Part shown: positions 1-9,661 of the stretch, in pieces
Layout of the letters: each line of letters begins with the position of its first letter
How positions within the stretch are numbered: position 1 is the stretch's first letter
NCBI GenBank assembly: GCA_964640155.1
Contig: CAZXEQ010000001.1
Span: forward strand, 201,256-233,255
Length of the DNA: 32,000 nt
Direction of reading: 5' to 3'
From: an uncultured bacterium
Lineage (GTDB): Bacteria > Auribacterota > JACPWU01
Made by a program: the position numbers and the translations under genes
Notes under the pieces: model-generated
What the model saw: only the letters and a program-made list of their open reading frames with translations
The model's database searches: none
Told to the model about the DNA's origin: nothing

Positions 1-134
1 CCCTCCAACCAATTAAATCTCAAAACAAAATAAAAAGAAAATAAGCCTAATAAGTCAAAAGCATCACAAAGTCGATATTGACTTTGAAAAAGAATCACCC
101 CAAATACTAAAAAAAACTCTTTAATCCATCTCAT
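1..134 (-). CDS. mreD: MreD-like rod-shape protein, N-terminal fragment running off the window edge
   Basis: Minus-strand ATG at 134-132, 9 nt after the mreC stop. Open for 44 codons to position 1 (MRWIKEFFLVFGVILFQSQYRLCDAFDLLGLFSFYFVLRFNWLE). Hydrophobic and in the canonical mreB-mreC-mreD position. Too short to appear in the ORF track. Confidence 0.45.
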   Translation of the reverse strand, partial: MRWIKEFFLVFGVILFQSQYRLCDAFDLLGLFSFYFVLRFNWLE

Positions 135-143
135 TTCAAAAAC

Positions 144-968
144 TCACACTCCCTCTTCAGGAATAGGTTTCTCCTTGCTTAAAACAACAATAACTTCCCG
201 AAGCTTCCCCAAATTTGCATTGGGTTTCACCTCTGCATATTGAAAGAGACCATACGCATCATCATAAATCTTCGAGACAACCCCGATCGTTAAACCTGAA
301 GGAAAAAATTCACTCAAGCCTGAAGTAACAATAGCATCTGTCGGTTTAGCTTGTGCTTCTCGTGGAAGATAATTTAAAACATAGTTTCCTTTTGAAGCAT
401 TGCCCTGTAAAATCCCTAATTCTCCACTTTCTCGAATCATTGCTCCAACTTTGCAATTTTCATCGCTTAGAAGCATCACTCTACTCCACTCTGGAAAGGT
501 CTCTGCAATTTTACCAATGACTCCTTCAGCTGATACCACTGCCATTCCTTCTTGTACTCCATTGATTTTCCCCTGATCAATCCACAAACTTTGATTCCAC
601 TGACTGGGAGCACGTCCCACAACGCGAGCAGATAAAGATTTCCAAGGACTTTCTTCTACAAAATGGAGCAACTGAGTTAATCTTTCATTTTCCTCAGTCA
701 CATTTTGTAAATGGTCGACTTTTAACCTTAATTCAGCTAACTCCATTTGAAGTTTCTGATTTTCACTTTTGATCGTAGAAAACTGGAAAAGACCTTCAAA
801 AATATTTCCAATTTTCTCAAAGAATCCATGGGAAGAATTAAGGACTGGAACGGTGGATTGATTTAAAAAAGATTTGAAAGAGTTGCCAAATTGATTTGGC
901 AAGCACAGAAAAAGAATGATTAAAATTCCTATCAAAGATAGGTAAAGAAACAAACGATTTCGAAACAA
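144..968 (-). CDS. mreC: Rod shape-determining protein MreC
   Basis: 274-aa ORF 2 nt downstream of mreB. N-terminal TM segment, coiled coil (ENQKLQMELAELRLKVDHLQ), then a beta-rich C-terminal half (VVGRAPSQWNQSLWIDQG...GMAVVSAEGVIGKI) typical of MreC. Confidence 0.85.
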   Translation of the reverse strand: MFRNRLFLYLSLIGILIILFLCLPNQFGNSFKSFLNQSTVPVLNSSHGFFEKIGNIFEGLFQFSTIKSENQKLQMELAELRLKVDHLQNVTEENERLTQLLHFVEESPWKSLSARVVGRAPSQWNQSLWIDQGKINGVQEGMAVVSAEGVIGKIAETFPEWSRVMLLSDENCKVGAMIRESGELGILQGNASKGNYVLNYLPREAQAKPTDAIVTSGLSEFFPSGLTIGVVSKIYDDAYGLFQYAEVKPNANLGKLREVIVVLSKEKPIPEEGV

Positions 969-970
969 GT

Positions 971-2017
<1,047 letters not shown>

Positions 2018-2147
2018 TTAACCCCACTAAAAATAACTCAATGAAAAAATATGGAAGGTGAATCCCCCACAACTTTAAAAAAAGACAGTTGATTTCAACA
2101 TACAAAACTCTAAAAAGCAATTAAAAAAGAAGTTGCATTCTTCAAAT

Positions 2148-2729
2148 TTATTGAACAAATTCTAAATTTGAATCTATTTGAAATTCTTTCCAATTTTTCC
2201 CTGATTGAATCCAAATTAAACTGCCATCTGAAAATACAATATTGCCACCTCTTTGACCATGATTTCGACTAAAATGGATCGTTTCCCCCATTTTACTTAA
2301 TTTTCCTCTTTCATGACACCCCTCTCCCAAACGATCAAACGCAACTGGAAACTTCCCAGACTGATCAATATTCACTCCACGACCCGAAGAGCCCAGACCA
2401 AACCCATAATCTAAGTCTTCTAAGGTAAATTGACCCCACCCTCCTCGAAAAGAGCCATGGCCTTGAACTCCAGGGCACATGAAAATTTCAGGATTGGGTA
2501 AATAAGGAGTATAGAGTTTTGCTATTTCCAAAGCATTATCTTGCGCCGTCGGCATATGCCCATCTGTATCCATTGCATATTGCATCGCTGCTAAATGAAT
2601 TTGCCGCAAATGATCGATACAGTCAGACCCTTTTGCTTTTCTCAAAGCATCTGTCAAATAAGCAAAAAGACTTGTCTGGAATAATAGGAAGGCTAAAAAG
2701 AAAAGAAATAGAAAGAAAATTTTTTTCAT
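2148..2729 (-). CDS. H-X9-DG / DUF1559-like (pseudopilin-related) secreted protein
   Basis: Hydrophobic N-terminus followed by ALRKAKGSDCIDHLRQIHLAAMQY, resembling the AREAARRxQCxNNLKQIGLA segment of DUF1559 proteins. C-terminal NHGQRGGNIVFSDGSLIWI matches the H-X9-DG box with one extra residue. The G-F-T-L-I-E prepilin cleavage motif is absent. Confidence 0.55.
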   Translation of the reverse strand: MKKIFFLFLFFLAFLLFQTSLFAYLTDALRKAKGSDCIDHLRQIHLAAMQYAMDTDGHMPTAQDNALEIAKLYTPYLPNPEIFMCPGVQGHGSFRGGWGQFTLEDLDYGFGLGSSGRGVNIDQSGKFPVAFDRLGEGCHERGKLSKMGETIHFSRNHGQRGGNIVFSDGSLIWIQSGKNWKEFQIDSNLEFVQ

Positions 2730-2839
2730 TAACTTTGCCGCTCAAATGACAAAAAATACGCCCTCTTAGTCATTTAGTCCGCAGTCCATAAAATTCAAGC
2801 TGATTTTATCGACCATTGATTAAAGACTGTCTTTCATCT

Positions 2840-3070
2840 TTATTGGGAAGCTTCTTGCATGATAGTTTGAACAGGACATGCACCTGATGCTTTACAAGAT
2901 TTGTAACAGAAATAACCTGAAAGTCCTATACCCAAAAGACTCCCAACAATCATTAAAGTCGCAATAATATTTCCTAGATGTTTCATAAAACCTAATTCTT
3001 CAGTCGCTTTCATAGCAACAAAATAGCCCACACCCATGGTTAAAAGAAACAGTGGAATCTTTGCAATCAT
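2840..3070 (-). CDS. Small two-TM membrane protein with Cys-rich C-terminus (unknown function)
   Basis: The internal ATG at 3070 is preceded by AGGAGA 8 nt upstream (caggagaaaacttctATG). The 76-aa product is MIAKIPLFLLTMGVGYFVAM...IVGSLLGIGLSGYFCYKSCKASGACP. The longer ORF-track start at 3160 lacks an RBS. Confidence 0.5.
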   Translation of the reverse strand: MIAKIPLFLLTMGVGYFVAMKATEELGFMKHLGNIIATLMIVGSLLGIGLSGYFCYKSCKASGACPVQTIMQEASQ

Positions 3071-3222
3071 AGAAGTTTTCTCCTGAAATTTTAAATTCTC
3101 CCGATTGTAACACGTCACAAAAAATATCACCAAGAAATATTTTATTTTCCAAACAAACACTCATCTCTAATAAACCTCTCCCTCAGTAGAAATATTGCCC
3201 CTATTTAAGAATTTCAATATTT

Positions 3223-3249
3223 AAAATATAAGGGAATCCCTTATATTTT
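3223..3249. promoter_or_regulatory. Perfect 27-bp palindrome (13-1-13), candidate operator
   Basis: aaaatataaggga-a-tcccttatatttt is perfectly self-complementary. It lies in the divergent region between the small membrane protein gene and the glycosyltransferase gene, 1 nt upstream of a consensus TTGACA. Confidence 0.4.
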
Positions 3250-3250
3250 C

Positions 3251-3280
3251 TTGACATAATGTTCTCCCACAATTTAGACT
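3251..3280 (+). promoter_or_regulatory. Candidate sigma70-type promoter for the glycosyltransferase gene
   Basis: Consensus -35 TTGACA at 3251-3256, an 18-bp spacer, then TAGACT (4/6 match to TATAAT) at 3275-3280. GGGAG RBS precedes the ATG at 3304. Confidence 0.3.
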
Positions 3281-3303
3281 CTTTCGTGGGAGATACTTCT
3301 ATT

Positions 3304-4572
3304 ATGAGCTATCGTATTTTAATGATTGCACCAACGCCTTTTTTTGCAGATCGGGGTTGTCATATCCGAATTTATGAAGAAATTAAAGCATTACAACAAG
3401 TTGGCCATAAGGTAACCGTTTGCACTTATCATCTCGGACGTGATATTGAAGGCATTGATATTCGACGAACTCTGCGTGTTCCCTGGTACACAAAGCTAGA
3501 AGCAGGACCTTCCTGGCATAAATTTTATTTAGATGAACTTCTTTACCGAAAAGCAAAAAAAATTCTTTCTAATGAGAGCTTTGATCTGATTCATGCTCAC
3601 CTTCATGAAGGTGCTTTTATCGCAGGACGCCTTAAAAAGAAATTCAATTTACCTGTTGTCGCTGATTTTCAAGGCAGTATGACGGATGAAATTCGCACTC
3701 ATGGTTTTGCAGGAAATTTCCCTTGGATTTTAAAAAGCTTTCGCTGGTTAGAGAAAAAAATAAACAAAATGCCTGACGTTTTGATGATGAGTTCTCAAAA
3801 AGCGGCTGAAGTTTTTCAACACGAGTTCTCGATTCACCCCGATAAAATGGAAGTAGTTACGGATGGCGTAGACACAGAAGCTTTTGTAATGAATCCTACA
3901 GAGAGAAAAGAAATGCGAGAAAAACTCGGGATCTCTAACAATCAATTTGTTGTTGTTTTCCTAGGTTTACTAACCCCCTATCAAGGGATTGATTCTCTTA
4001 TAGAAATGATCCCAGAAGTCATTCGAAAAATTCAGAATGTACATTTTCTGATTATGGGGTTTCCAAACGAAAACCATTATCGTCAAATGTGCAAAGAGAA
4101 AAAGATTGAAAGCCATATCACTTTTACAGGTAAAGTTCCGTACGATATGGCAAGAAAATATCTCTCCTGTGGAGATGTAGCTGTAAGTTCAAAAATCTCT
4201 AAGAGCGAAGGTAATGGAAAGCTCATGAACTACATGGCCATGGGATTACCCACGGTTGTTTTTGATACCCCCGTTAATCGAGAAATCTTAGGAGAAAACG
4301 GAATTTATGCAAAGTATCCTGATACCCATAGCTTTCAAACTAAATTGATTGAAATACTAGAAGACTCTGGAAAAAGAAGTCATTTACAACCTTTGCTTAG
4401 AACAAGAGCGACAAATCAATTTTCTTGGAGTCAAAGAGCTACCCAGATTACAAAACTCTATCAAGCACTAAAGAGCCCGACACAAAATATATCTTTCGTC
4501 ATTCTAAATTTTGTGGGATCCATGCTAAACGAGCTACCTCAACCAGAGTTTTTTACATCGCTCATAGCTTAG
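3304..4572 (+). CDS. Glycosyltransferase, family 4 (GT-B fold)
   Basis: MSYRILMIAPTPFFADRGCHIRIYEE is a typical GT4 N-terminus. C-terminal donor-binding region is SKSEGNGKLMNYMAMGLPTVVFDTPVNREI. Start moved from 3259 to 3304 (GGGAG RBS) because the 3259 ATG overlaps the putative promoter. Confidence 0.8.
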   Translation: MSYRILMIAPTPFFADRGCHIRIYEEIKALQQVGHKVTVCTYHLGRDIEGIDIRRTLRVPWYTKLEAGPSWHKFYLDELLYRKAKKILSNESFDLIHAHLHEGAFIAGRLKKKFNLPVVADFQGSMTDEIRTHGFAGNFPWILKSFRWLEKKINKMPDVLMMSSQKAAEVFQHEFSIHPDKMEVVTDGVDTEAFVMNPTERKEMREKLGISNNQFVVVFLGLLTPYQGIDSLIEMIPEVIRKIQNVHFLIMGFPNENHYRQMCKEKKIESHITFTGKVPYDMARKYLSCGDVAVSSKISKSEGNGKLMNYMAMGLPTVVFDTPVNREILGENGIYAKYPDTHSFQTKLIEILEDSGKRSHLQPLLRTRATNQFSWSQRATQITKLYQALKSPTQNISFVILNFVGSMLNELPQPEFFTSLIA

Positions 4573-4650
4573 TTTTTCAAAAACACAATCTTCTTGCCGA
4601 AAGAAGAACTTCCCTCTAGAATCTGACCCTCAAACAGTTTGGAAACTTTT

Positions 4651-5709
4651 ATGCCTCAAAAGAAAATTAAAGCTCTAGGTCTATTATCGGGTGGGCTTGA
4701 TAGCTCCGTAGCTGCTAAACTCCTTCAGAAGCAAGGAGTTGAGGTGGTCGGCGTTAATTTTAGCACCGGTTTTTGTCTCTCAGACCATACCCGAGCGGTT
4801 CAAAGAAAAAGAACTCCTGAAAAGAAGCTAAGAAACGAAGCATTAAGAGCTGGAGCCGATTTAGAAGTTCCAATTGAAATCGTGGATATTTCAAAAAAAT
4901 ATTTTAACGATGTCGTTCTTAATCCAAAATATGGTTATGGCGCTGGCATGAATCCTTGTTTGGATTGCCGTATCTATATGCTCAAAAAAGCTAAGAGAAT
5001 TATGAAAAAGGTAGGAGCCGATTTTGTCTTTACAGGAGAAGTACTCGGACAACGTCCCATGTCACAATACCGACAAGCCTTAGATTTAATCGCAAGAAAG
5101 AGTGGTTTAGAAGATCGTCTTTTAAGACCTCTATCTGCTGAAAGATTACCAGAAACTTTACCAGAAAAAATGGGTTGGGTGAACCGCCAAGAATTAAAAG
5201 GTATTACAGGCCGGGGCCGATCAGAACAAATTAAATTAGCCAATGAACTAGGGGTCGTTGACTTTCCTCAACCTGCAGGAGGTTGCTGCTTTCTCCCCGA
5301 TAAAAACTTTGCTTTTAAATTAAGAGATCTCTTGCAACATCAGAAAAATCTTCGAAAGAATGATCTTGTGCTTCTTAAAGTCGGTCGACATTTTCGACTC
5401 TCTCCCCAAACAAAACTCATCGTTGGACGAGATGAGGCTGAAAATAATTTTTTAGAACGATTTCCAAGAGGGAATATTGTCATGAGTGTTCTTGAAACCC
5501 AAGGACCTACCGCCCTACTTCAAGGAAAACCAACCGAGGAAGAAAAAACATTCGCAGCTCAGATTCTAGCTCGATATGCAGATAACAATCCGACTGAACC
5601 TATTCCAGTAAAAATTCTTTTAAGAAAGGGTCAAACGGAAAAGACAATAACTGTCAGTGCCTTAGAACATGAAAAAGTCGCAACATATCATATTCAGCCA
5701 AAGTCTTAA
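4651..5709 (+). CDS. PP-loop ATP pyrophosphatase, ThiI/MnmA-like tRNA sulfurtransferase family, lacking a THUMP domain
   Basis: PP-loop LLSGGLDSSVAAKLL, then NPCLDCRIYMLKKAKRIM...FVFTGEVLGQRPMSQ, resembling the ThiI adenylation domain. About 150 aa of C-terminal extension of unknown function. ATG at 4651; the ORF-track start at 4639 is TTG. Confidence 0.6.
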   Translation: MPQKKIKALGLLSGGLDSSVAAKLLQKQGVEVVGVNFSTGFCLSDHTRAVQRKRTPEKKLRNEALRAGADLEVPIEIVDISKKYFNDVVLNPKYGYGAGMNPCLDCRIYMLKKAKRIMKKVGADFVFTGEVLGQRPMSQYRQALDLIARKSGLEDRLLRPLSAERLPETLPEKMGWVNRQELKGITGRGRSEQIKLANELGVVDFPQPAGGCCFLPDKNFAFKLRDLLQHQKNLRKNDLVLLKVGRHFRLSPQTKLIVGRDEAENNFLERFPRGNIVMSVLETQGPTALLQGKPTEEEKTFAAQILARYADNNPTEPIPVKILLRKGQTEKTITVSALEHEKVATYHIQPKS

Positions 5710-5720
5710 AAAATCTTTAA

Positions 5721-6719
5721 TTACGACTCCTCTGGCTTTGCTTCACGCAACATCAACTCCTGAACTGCTTTAACAGGGTCCAAATTTTCGTAAAGAACTT
5801 GATATACTTTTTGTGAAATGGGCATTTCCACAGAATATTTTTTGGAAAGCTGCACAACCGCAGCAGAGGTAATCACACCTTCAGCCACCATTTCTGTTGT
5901 TTTTAAAGCTTCTTCCATTTTCATCCCTTTTCCAAGTAACTCCCCTATTCTCTTATTGCGACCATGTTTGCTAAACCCTGTTGTAATTAAATCCCCAACA
6001 CCAGCCAGTCCATAAAAAGTTTCTCGCTTCGCTCCCATCGCAACTCCAAGTCGTGTCATCTCTGCTAATCCCCGTGTCAAAAGTGCAGATTTTGTGTTAT
6101 CGCCATATCCTAAACCATCACTGATCCCTGCTGCAATCGCGATCACATTTTTGAAGGCACCACCCAATTCAACACCGATTAAGTCGGCATTTGTATAAAC
6201 TCTAAACCGATCGGTCATAAATAATTTTTGAACCTGATGAGCAATTTCTTCATTTTTTGATGCAACTGCAACACTGGTTGGGACCCCTCGAGCTACTTCT
6301 TCTGCATGGCTAGGCCCAGATAAGACAGCTATTGATAGAGGTCTAAGTTCTTCAACTAAAATTTCACTCATTCTTTTAAGAGAATTAACTTCAACCCCCT
6401 TGGCAACACTGACTAAAGTCGTTTTAGATTGATAAGAAGATTTAATTCTTTTTGCAACCTCTCGCATCACATGCGAAGGCGCAGCCAAAACAGCAACGGA
6501 GGCTCCTCCCAAAGCTTCCACGCTATCTGCAGTATGCTTTAATTCTTTCGGCAAAGAAATCCCTGGTAAAAACTTAACATTCTCTTTTTTTTCTTTTAAA
6601 AACTGAACATAATCAGGAAAAGCTCCCCACAAAAAAACATCATAGCCTTTCTTTAAAAGAAGAAGTGCCAATGTTGTTCCCCAACCTCCATTACCAATGA
6701 CTGCGATCTTTTCATTCAT
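5721..6719 (-). CDS. gpsA: NAD(P)H-dependent glycerol-3-phosphate dehydrogenase
   Basis: The internal ATG at 6719 gives MNEKIAVIGNGGWGTTLALLL (Rossmann GxGxxG). Also GAFKNVIAIAAGISDGLGYGDNTKSALLTRGLAEM. The 83-aa upstream extension in the ORF track overlaps plsY and is rejected. Confidence 0.9.
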   Translation of the reverse strand: MNEKIAVIGNGGWGTTLALLLLKKGYDVFLWGAFPDYVQFLKEKKENVKFLPGISLPKELKHTADSVEALGGASVAVLAAPSHVMREVAKRIKSSYQSKTTLVSVAKGVEVNSLKRMSEILVEELRPLSIAVLSGPSHAEEVARGVPTSVAVASKNEEIAHQVQKLFMTDRFRVYTNADLIGVELGGAFKNVIAIAAGISDGLGYGDNTKSALLTRGLAEMTRLGVAMGAKRETFYGLAGVGDLITTGFSKHGRNKRIGELLGKGMKMEEALKTTEMVAEGVITSAAVVQLSKKYSVEMPISQKVYQVLYENLDPVKAVQELMLREAKPEES

Positions 6720-7347
6720 GATTTTTCTTCTTTTGACCAATTTTATTTTCTGTCCCTGCACGTAAACGTTGAATATTACTTCGATGCTTCCAAATCGAAA
6801 TTCCTGACAAAACAATTCCTGCAATAACCCAGGAGCAAGGCTTATGAAAAAAGAAAAGTAAGAAAGGAAGCATCGCAGAAGCAACAATAGAAGCAACTGA
6901 AACATACTTTGTAAAATAAGCAACCCCACCCCAAACAAAAAGCAAAGAAAGAAGAACCATTGGAGCAAGACCTAAAAAAGCACCCGCCGTTGTTGCAACT
7001 CCTTTACCTCCTTTGAATTTAAGAAAACATGTCCAGTTATGACCAAAAATAGAGGCAACTCCGCAAACCAACTGTAAACTTGGAAGATTTTTACTAGAAA
7101 AACAAACGAGAGGAGCAATCACTAAAACTGGAATTAATCCTTTGAGAATATCAATACAAAGTGTCAATATTCCAAGAGGTTTTCCTAAAACACGCATGGC
7201 ATTGGTTGCTCCCACATTTCCACTTCCATATTGGCGAATGTCCACCCCCTTAGTCCATCGCCCCATGAGATAAGCTGTAGGAATAGAGCCCATCAAATAG
7301 CTTAAAATAATGCCCAAAACCCATTGCAATAAATACATGTCATTCAT
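6712..7347 (-). CDS. plsY: Glycerol-3-phosphate acyltransferase PlsY
   Basis: Polytopic membrane protein with the GSGNVGATNAMRVLGK and FKGGKGVAT motifs. It overlaps the gpsA start by 8 nt, the classic plsY-gpsA pairing. Confidence 0.9.
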   Translation of the reverse strand: MNDMYLLQWVLGIILSYLMGSIPTAYLMGRWTKGVDIRQYGSGNVGATNAMRVLGKPLGILTLCIDILKGLIPVLVIAPLVCFSSKNLPSLQLVCGVASIFGHNWTCFLKFKGGKGVATTAGAFLGLAPMVLLSLLFVWGGVAYFTKYVSVASIVASAMLPFLLFFFHKPCSWVIAGIVLSGISIWKHRSNIQRLRAGTENKIGQKKKNHE

Positions 7348-7417
7348 CCCTATTATTCACAAACTATTTATAAAAACGTATTATATAACAAACAAAGAAA
7401 ATCATTATAAGAAAGAA

Positions 7418-8365
7418 TCAATATTGTTGATTTAAATTTAATGTTTGTGAAATTCCTTTTTGTGTTACCACCACACACTCCGTTCCATTTGAAAGAAGCA
7501 TAATAGCTCCATCCTGATCCGTTCTCAGAAAACGACTTCCCAAAAGATTTGTATAGCGATTGACTACTTGTGGAGATGGATGTCCATAGGAATTTCCCTT
7601 TCCTACAGATATTCCTATCAGAGACGGACGAACCAATTCTAAAAATGTTCGACTACTAGAAGTTTTAGATCCATGATGAGGTGACTTTAAAAAATCGCAT
7701 CGTAATCCATCTCCATAACGTGAACATAAAATTTTTTCAGAACCTAACTCGATATCTCCCGTCAACAAAAGCTTAAGATGTCCAAAAGCCACTCGAAGAA
7801 CCAAAGAGGCATTATTATCTTCCCACTCCTTTCCTTCATTAGGAGAAAGAACCTGGGCCTGAAGATATTGTCCTAGTTCCAAAGAATCCCCTTCTTTTAA
7901 AGACAAAAGAGGAATATGACGTCTAGCAACAAGATCTAAAAATAAACGATAACTTTCTGTACGCTTGGCCCGGCCATTATGAAATACCTCTCCTATAGGA
8001 ACATGAGCTAAAAGGCTTAAAATACCACCCATATGGTCTTGATCGTGATGCGTGAGCACAACATAGTCTATTTTTTTAAATCCTAATGCTTTAAGTGTAG
8101 GCCAAATAACTTCTAGTCCGGCATCCCACTGATATCCTCTGGAATCCAACACAGGACCTCCATCAATCAATGTAACTTTGCGATCAGGAGAAATAAGAAG
8201 AAAAGCATCCCCTTGTCCTACATTTAACTGGATTGCAACCAAAGTTGGTTCGTGAAAAGTGACGCTTTGATGCGATAATCTTTGGGACCTAAAAAATAAA
8301 GCTCCGCTCCAACTTCCAAGACAAACAAGAACTAATATTAAGAAATAAATTTTAGTCTTTTTCAT
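7418..8365 (-). CDS. Membrane-anchored or secreted metallo-beta-lactamase-fold protein of the ComEC C-terminal domain type
   Basis: N-terminal hydrophobic segment, NVGQGDAFLL, HxHxDH motif (LTHHDQDHMGG), LTGDIE, and SPHHGSKTSSS...YGHP, as in the ComEC/Rec2 C-terminal MBL domain. The competence channel domain is absent. Confidence 0.75.
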   Translation of the reverse strand: MKKTKIYFLILVLVCLGSWSGALFFRSQRLSHQSVTFHEPTLVAIQLNVGQGDAFLLISPDRKVTLIDGGPVLDSRGYQWDAGLEVIWPTLKALGFKKIDYVVLTHHDQDHMGGILSLLAHVPIGEVFHNGRAKRTESYRLFLDLVARRHIPLLSLKEGDSLELGQYLQAQVLSPNEGKEWEDNNASLVLRVAFGHLKLLLTGDIELGSEKILCSRYGDGLRCDFLKSPHHGSKTSSSRTFLELVRPSLIGISVGKGNSYGHPSPQVVNRYTNLLGSRFLRTDQDGAIMLLSNGTECVVVTQKGISQTLNLNQQY

Positions 8366-8802
8366 TGATCCTTATTAGAACTAAACTTGATAAGGGGTTT
8401 AAGTGTTTGTAGTGTTTTGACACCAATACCTTTGACACGCTTTAAGTCATCTAAATTCTTGAAAAGAGCCTTCTGTCTTTCTTGAATAATTCTCTGAGCC
8501 ATCGCAGGTCCAATTCTAGGCAGTTGCTCTAACTCTTCCTGCAAAGCATGATTGACATCTACTTTTAGTCTTTCTTGGATTTTAGCTTTTTCTTCTCCTT
8601 CTAAAATATTAATGCGATAACTTGTTTGAAGAGAATCCAGACTAAAACGTTTGAAAGAAATTTTTTGGCAAGCGTCAAAAATCCAACCCACTCGTTGTTT
8701 TAAGTTTTGATAAACAGAAATTTCATAGATCAGAAGACTTATCCCTATTATCGTCAAAGTAACAAGAATAAAAGAAAGAACTTTTTTTAGAAAATTCTTC
8801 AT
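8362..8802 (-). CDS. comEA: ComEA-like helix-hairpin-helix DNA-binding protein
   Basis: N-terminal TM anchor plus C-terminal tandem HhH (LPRIGPAMAQRIIQERQK...LKRVKGIGVKTLQTLKPLI). Its stop overlaps the downstream MBL gene start as ATGA at 8362-8365. Confidence 0.7.
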   Translation of the reverse strand: MKNFLKKVLSFILVTLTIIGISLLIYEISVYQNLKQRVGWIFDACQKISFKRFSLDSLQTSYRINILEGEEKAKIQERLKVDVNHALQEELEQLPRIGPAMAQRIIQERQKALFKNLDDLKRVKGIGVKTLQTLKPLIKFSSNKDQ

Positions 8803-8901
8803 ATTAGAAACTCTAAAGTGAGTAGAGATGGTTTGAAGAGCGTGAATATCAATTTTATCTTCTTCTCGCTCTGCAATTTTTAATCAAATTAAATTAGGTT
8901 C

Positions 8902-9588
8902 TTACTGCGAACTATATCGATCTGAAGGAGCCCCACGAACCTCTCCCTTAATTTCCTGAGGCTCGGACCATGAAGAATTTATTTTTTCCATCTTCTCAGA
9001 AACTTTTTCATACCAATCCTGAATTTCTTTAATTTTGGCTTCTAGCTTCTGATTCATATCATCCAACTTTTTCAAACCATCCTCATAGTTACGAGATAAA
9101 TCCTCGAGTTTTCGAATCACATCATCCTCATGCATACGCATATCATCAATTCTTTGAACAAGACTGCGATAATCTAAAACAATATCCCCTGTTGAAACCA
9201 TCGGACCTCGAAAATCTCTTGCTTCTTCAATCGGCCTTCCATCCGGTCCTTGATTGACAGAACCCCTATTGAAATAAGGATCTTGAGGCGAATAAGAACT
9301 CCCTCCGGCAGCAGGATCAGTGGAAGTTTGATTATAGGGAGGATTATTCCCTTGCTGTGGATTTTCAAAATTTCCAGGACCTGAATAGCCTCCGGCAGCA
9401 GGATCTGAATTTATGGTTTGATGAGTGACAGGAGGAGGATTTGCCGTATCTCCAGGATTCTGAATTGAATCTCGTGGATCATCTAGGGAATAATTTTGAC
9501 CAGGATCATCTTCAGGACCTTGTGAAAAAACAGTCCGTGAACAAACAAAAATCATACCTATCATCATAACAATAAATATTGATTTCAT
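8902..9588 (-). CDS. Secreted protein: P/Q/N/G/D-rich low-complexity region plus C-terminal coiled coil
   Basis: The ATG at 9588 is preceded by GGGAGGG (gggagggttttaaaaATG). Signal peptide MKSIFIVMMIGMIFVCSRTVFS-QG, repeated DPAAGG-S units, and coiled coil DLSRNYEDGLKKLDDMNQKLEAKIKEIQDWYEKVSEKMEK. Confidence 0.5.
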   Translation of the reverse strand: MKSIFIVMMIGMIFVCSRTVFSQGPEDDPGQNYSLDDPRDSIQNPGDTANPPPVTHQTINSDPAAGGYSGPGNFENPQQGNNPPYNQTSTDPAAGGSSYSPQDPYFNRGSVNQGPDGRPIEEARDFRGPMVSTGDIVLDYRSLVQRIDDMRMHEDDVIRKLEDLSRNYEDGLKKLDDMNQKLEAKIKEIQDWYEKVSEKMEKINSSWSEPQEIKGEVRGAPSDRYSSQ

Positions 9589-9661
9589 TTTTAAAACCCT
9601 CCCTTCATTAGTCATAAGCTATAAGTCGTAAGCAACAAGTCATGATAAGTTCTCTTAAGAC

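Noticed and set aside
2123-2144. Possible terminator after the H-X9-DG gene (gaag-ttgcatt-cttc plus T-run on the minus strand)
   Set aside because: The stem is only 4 bp, too weak to call.
4589-4607. 7-bp hairpin tcttctt-gccga-aagaaga after the glycosyltransferase gene as an intrinsic terminator
   Set aside because: No U-tract follows on the plus strand. The T-run lies on the wrong side (minus-strand sense), where no gene ends.
6720-6968. 83-aa N-terminal extension of the gpsA ORF
   Set aside because: It overlaps plsY in another frame and is Leu/Phe-rich nonsense. The canonical GxGxxG N-terminus begins at the ATG at 6719, which overlaps the plsY stop in the usual coupled arrangement.
7371-7410. 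TATAAT-like hexamers upstream of plsY as a promoter
   Set aside because: Two perfect TATAAT matches occur, but the spacer is extremely AT-rich and neither has a convincing -35. Such matches are expected by chance.
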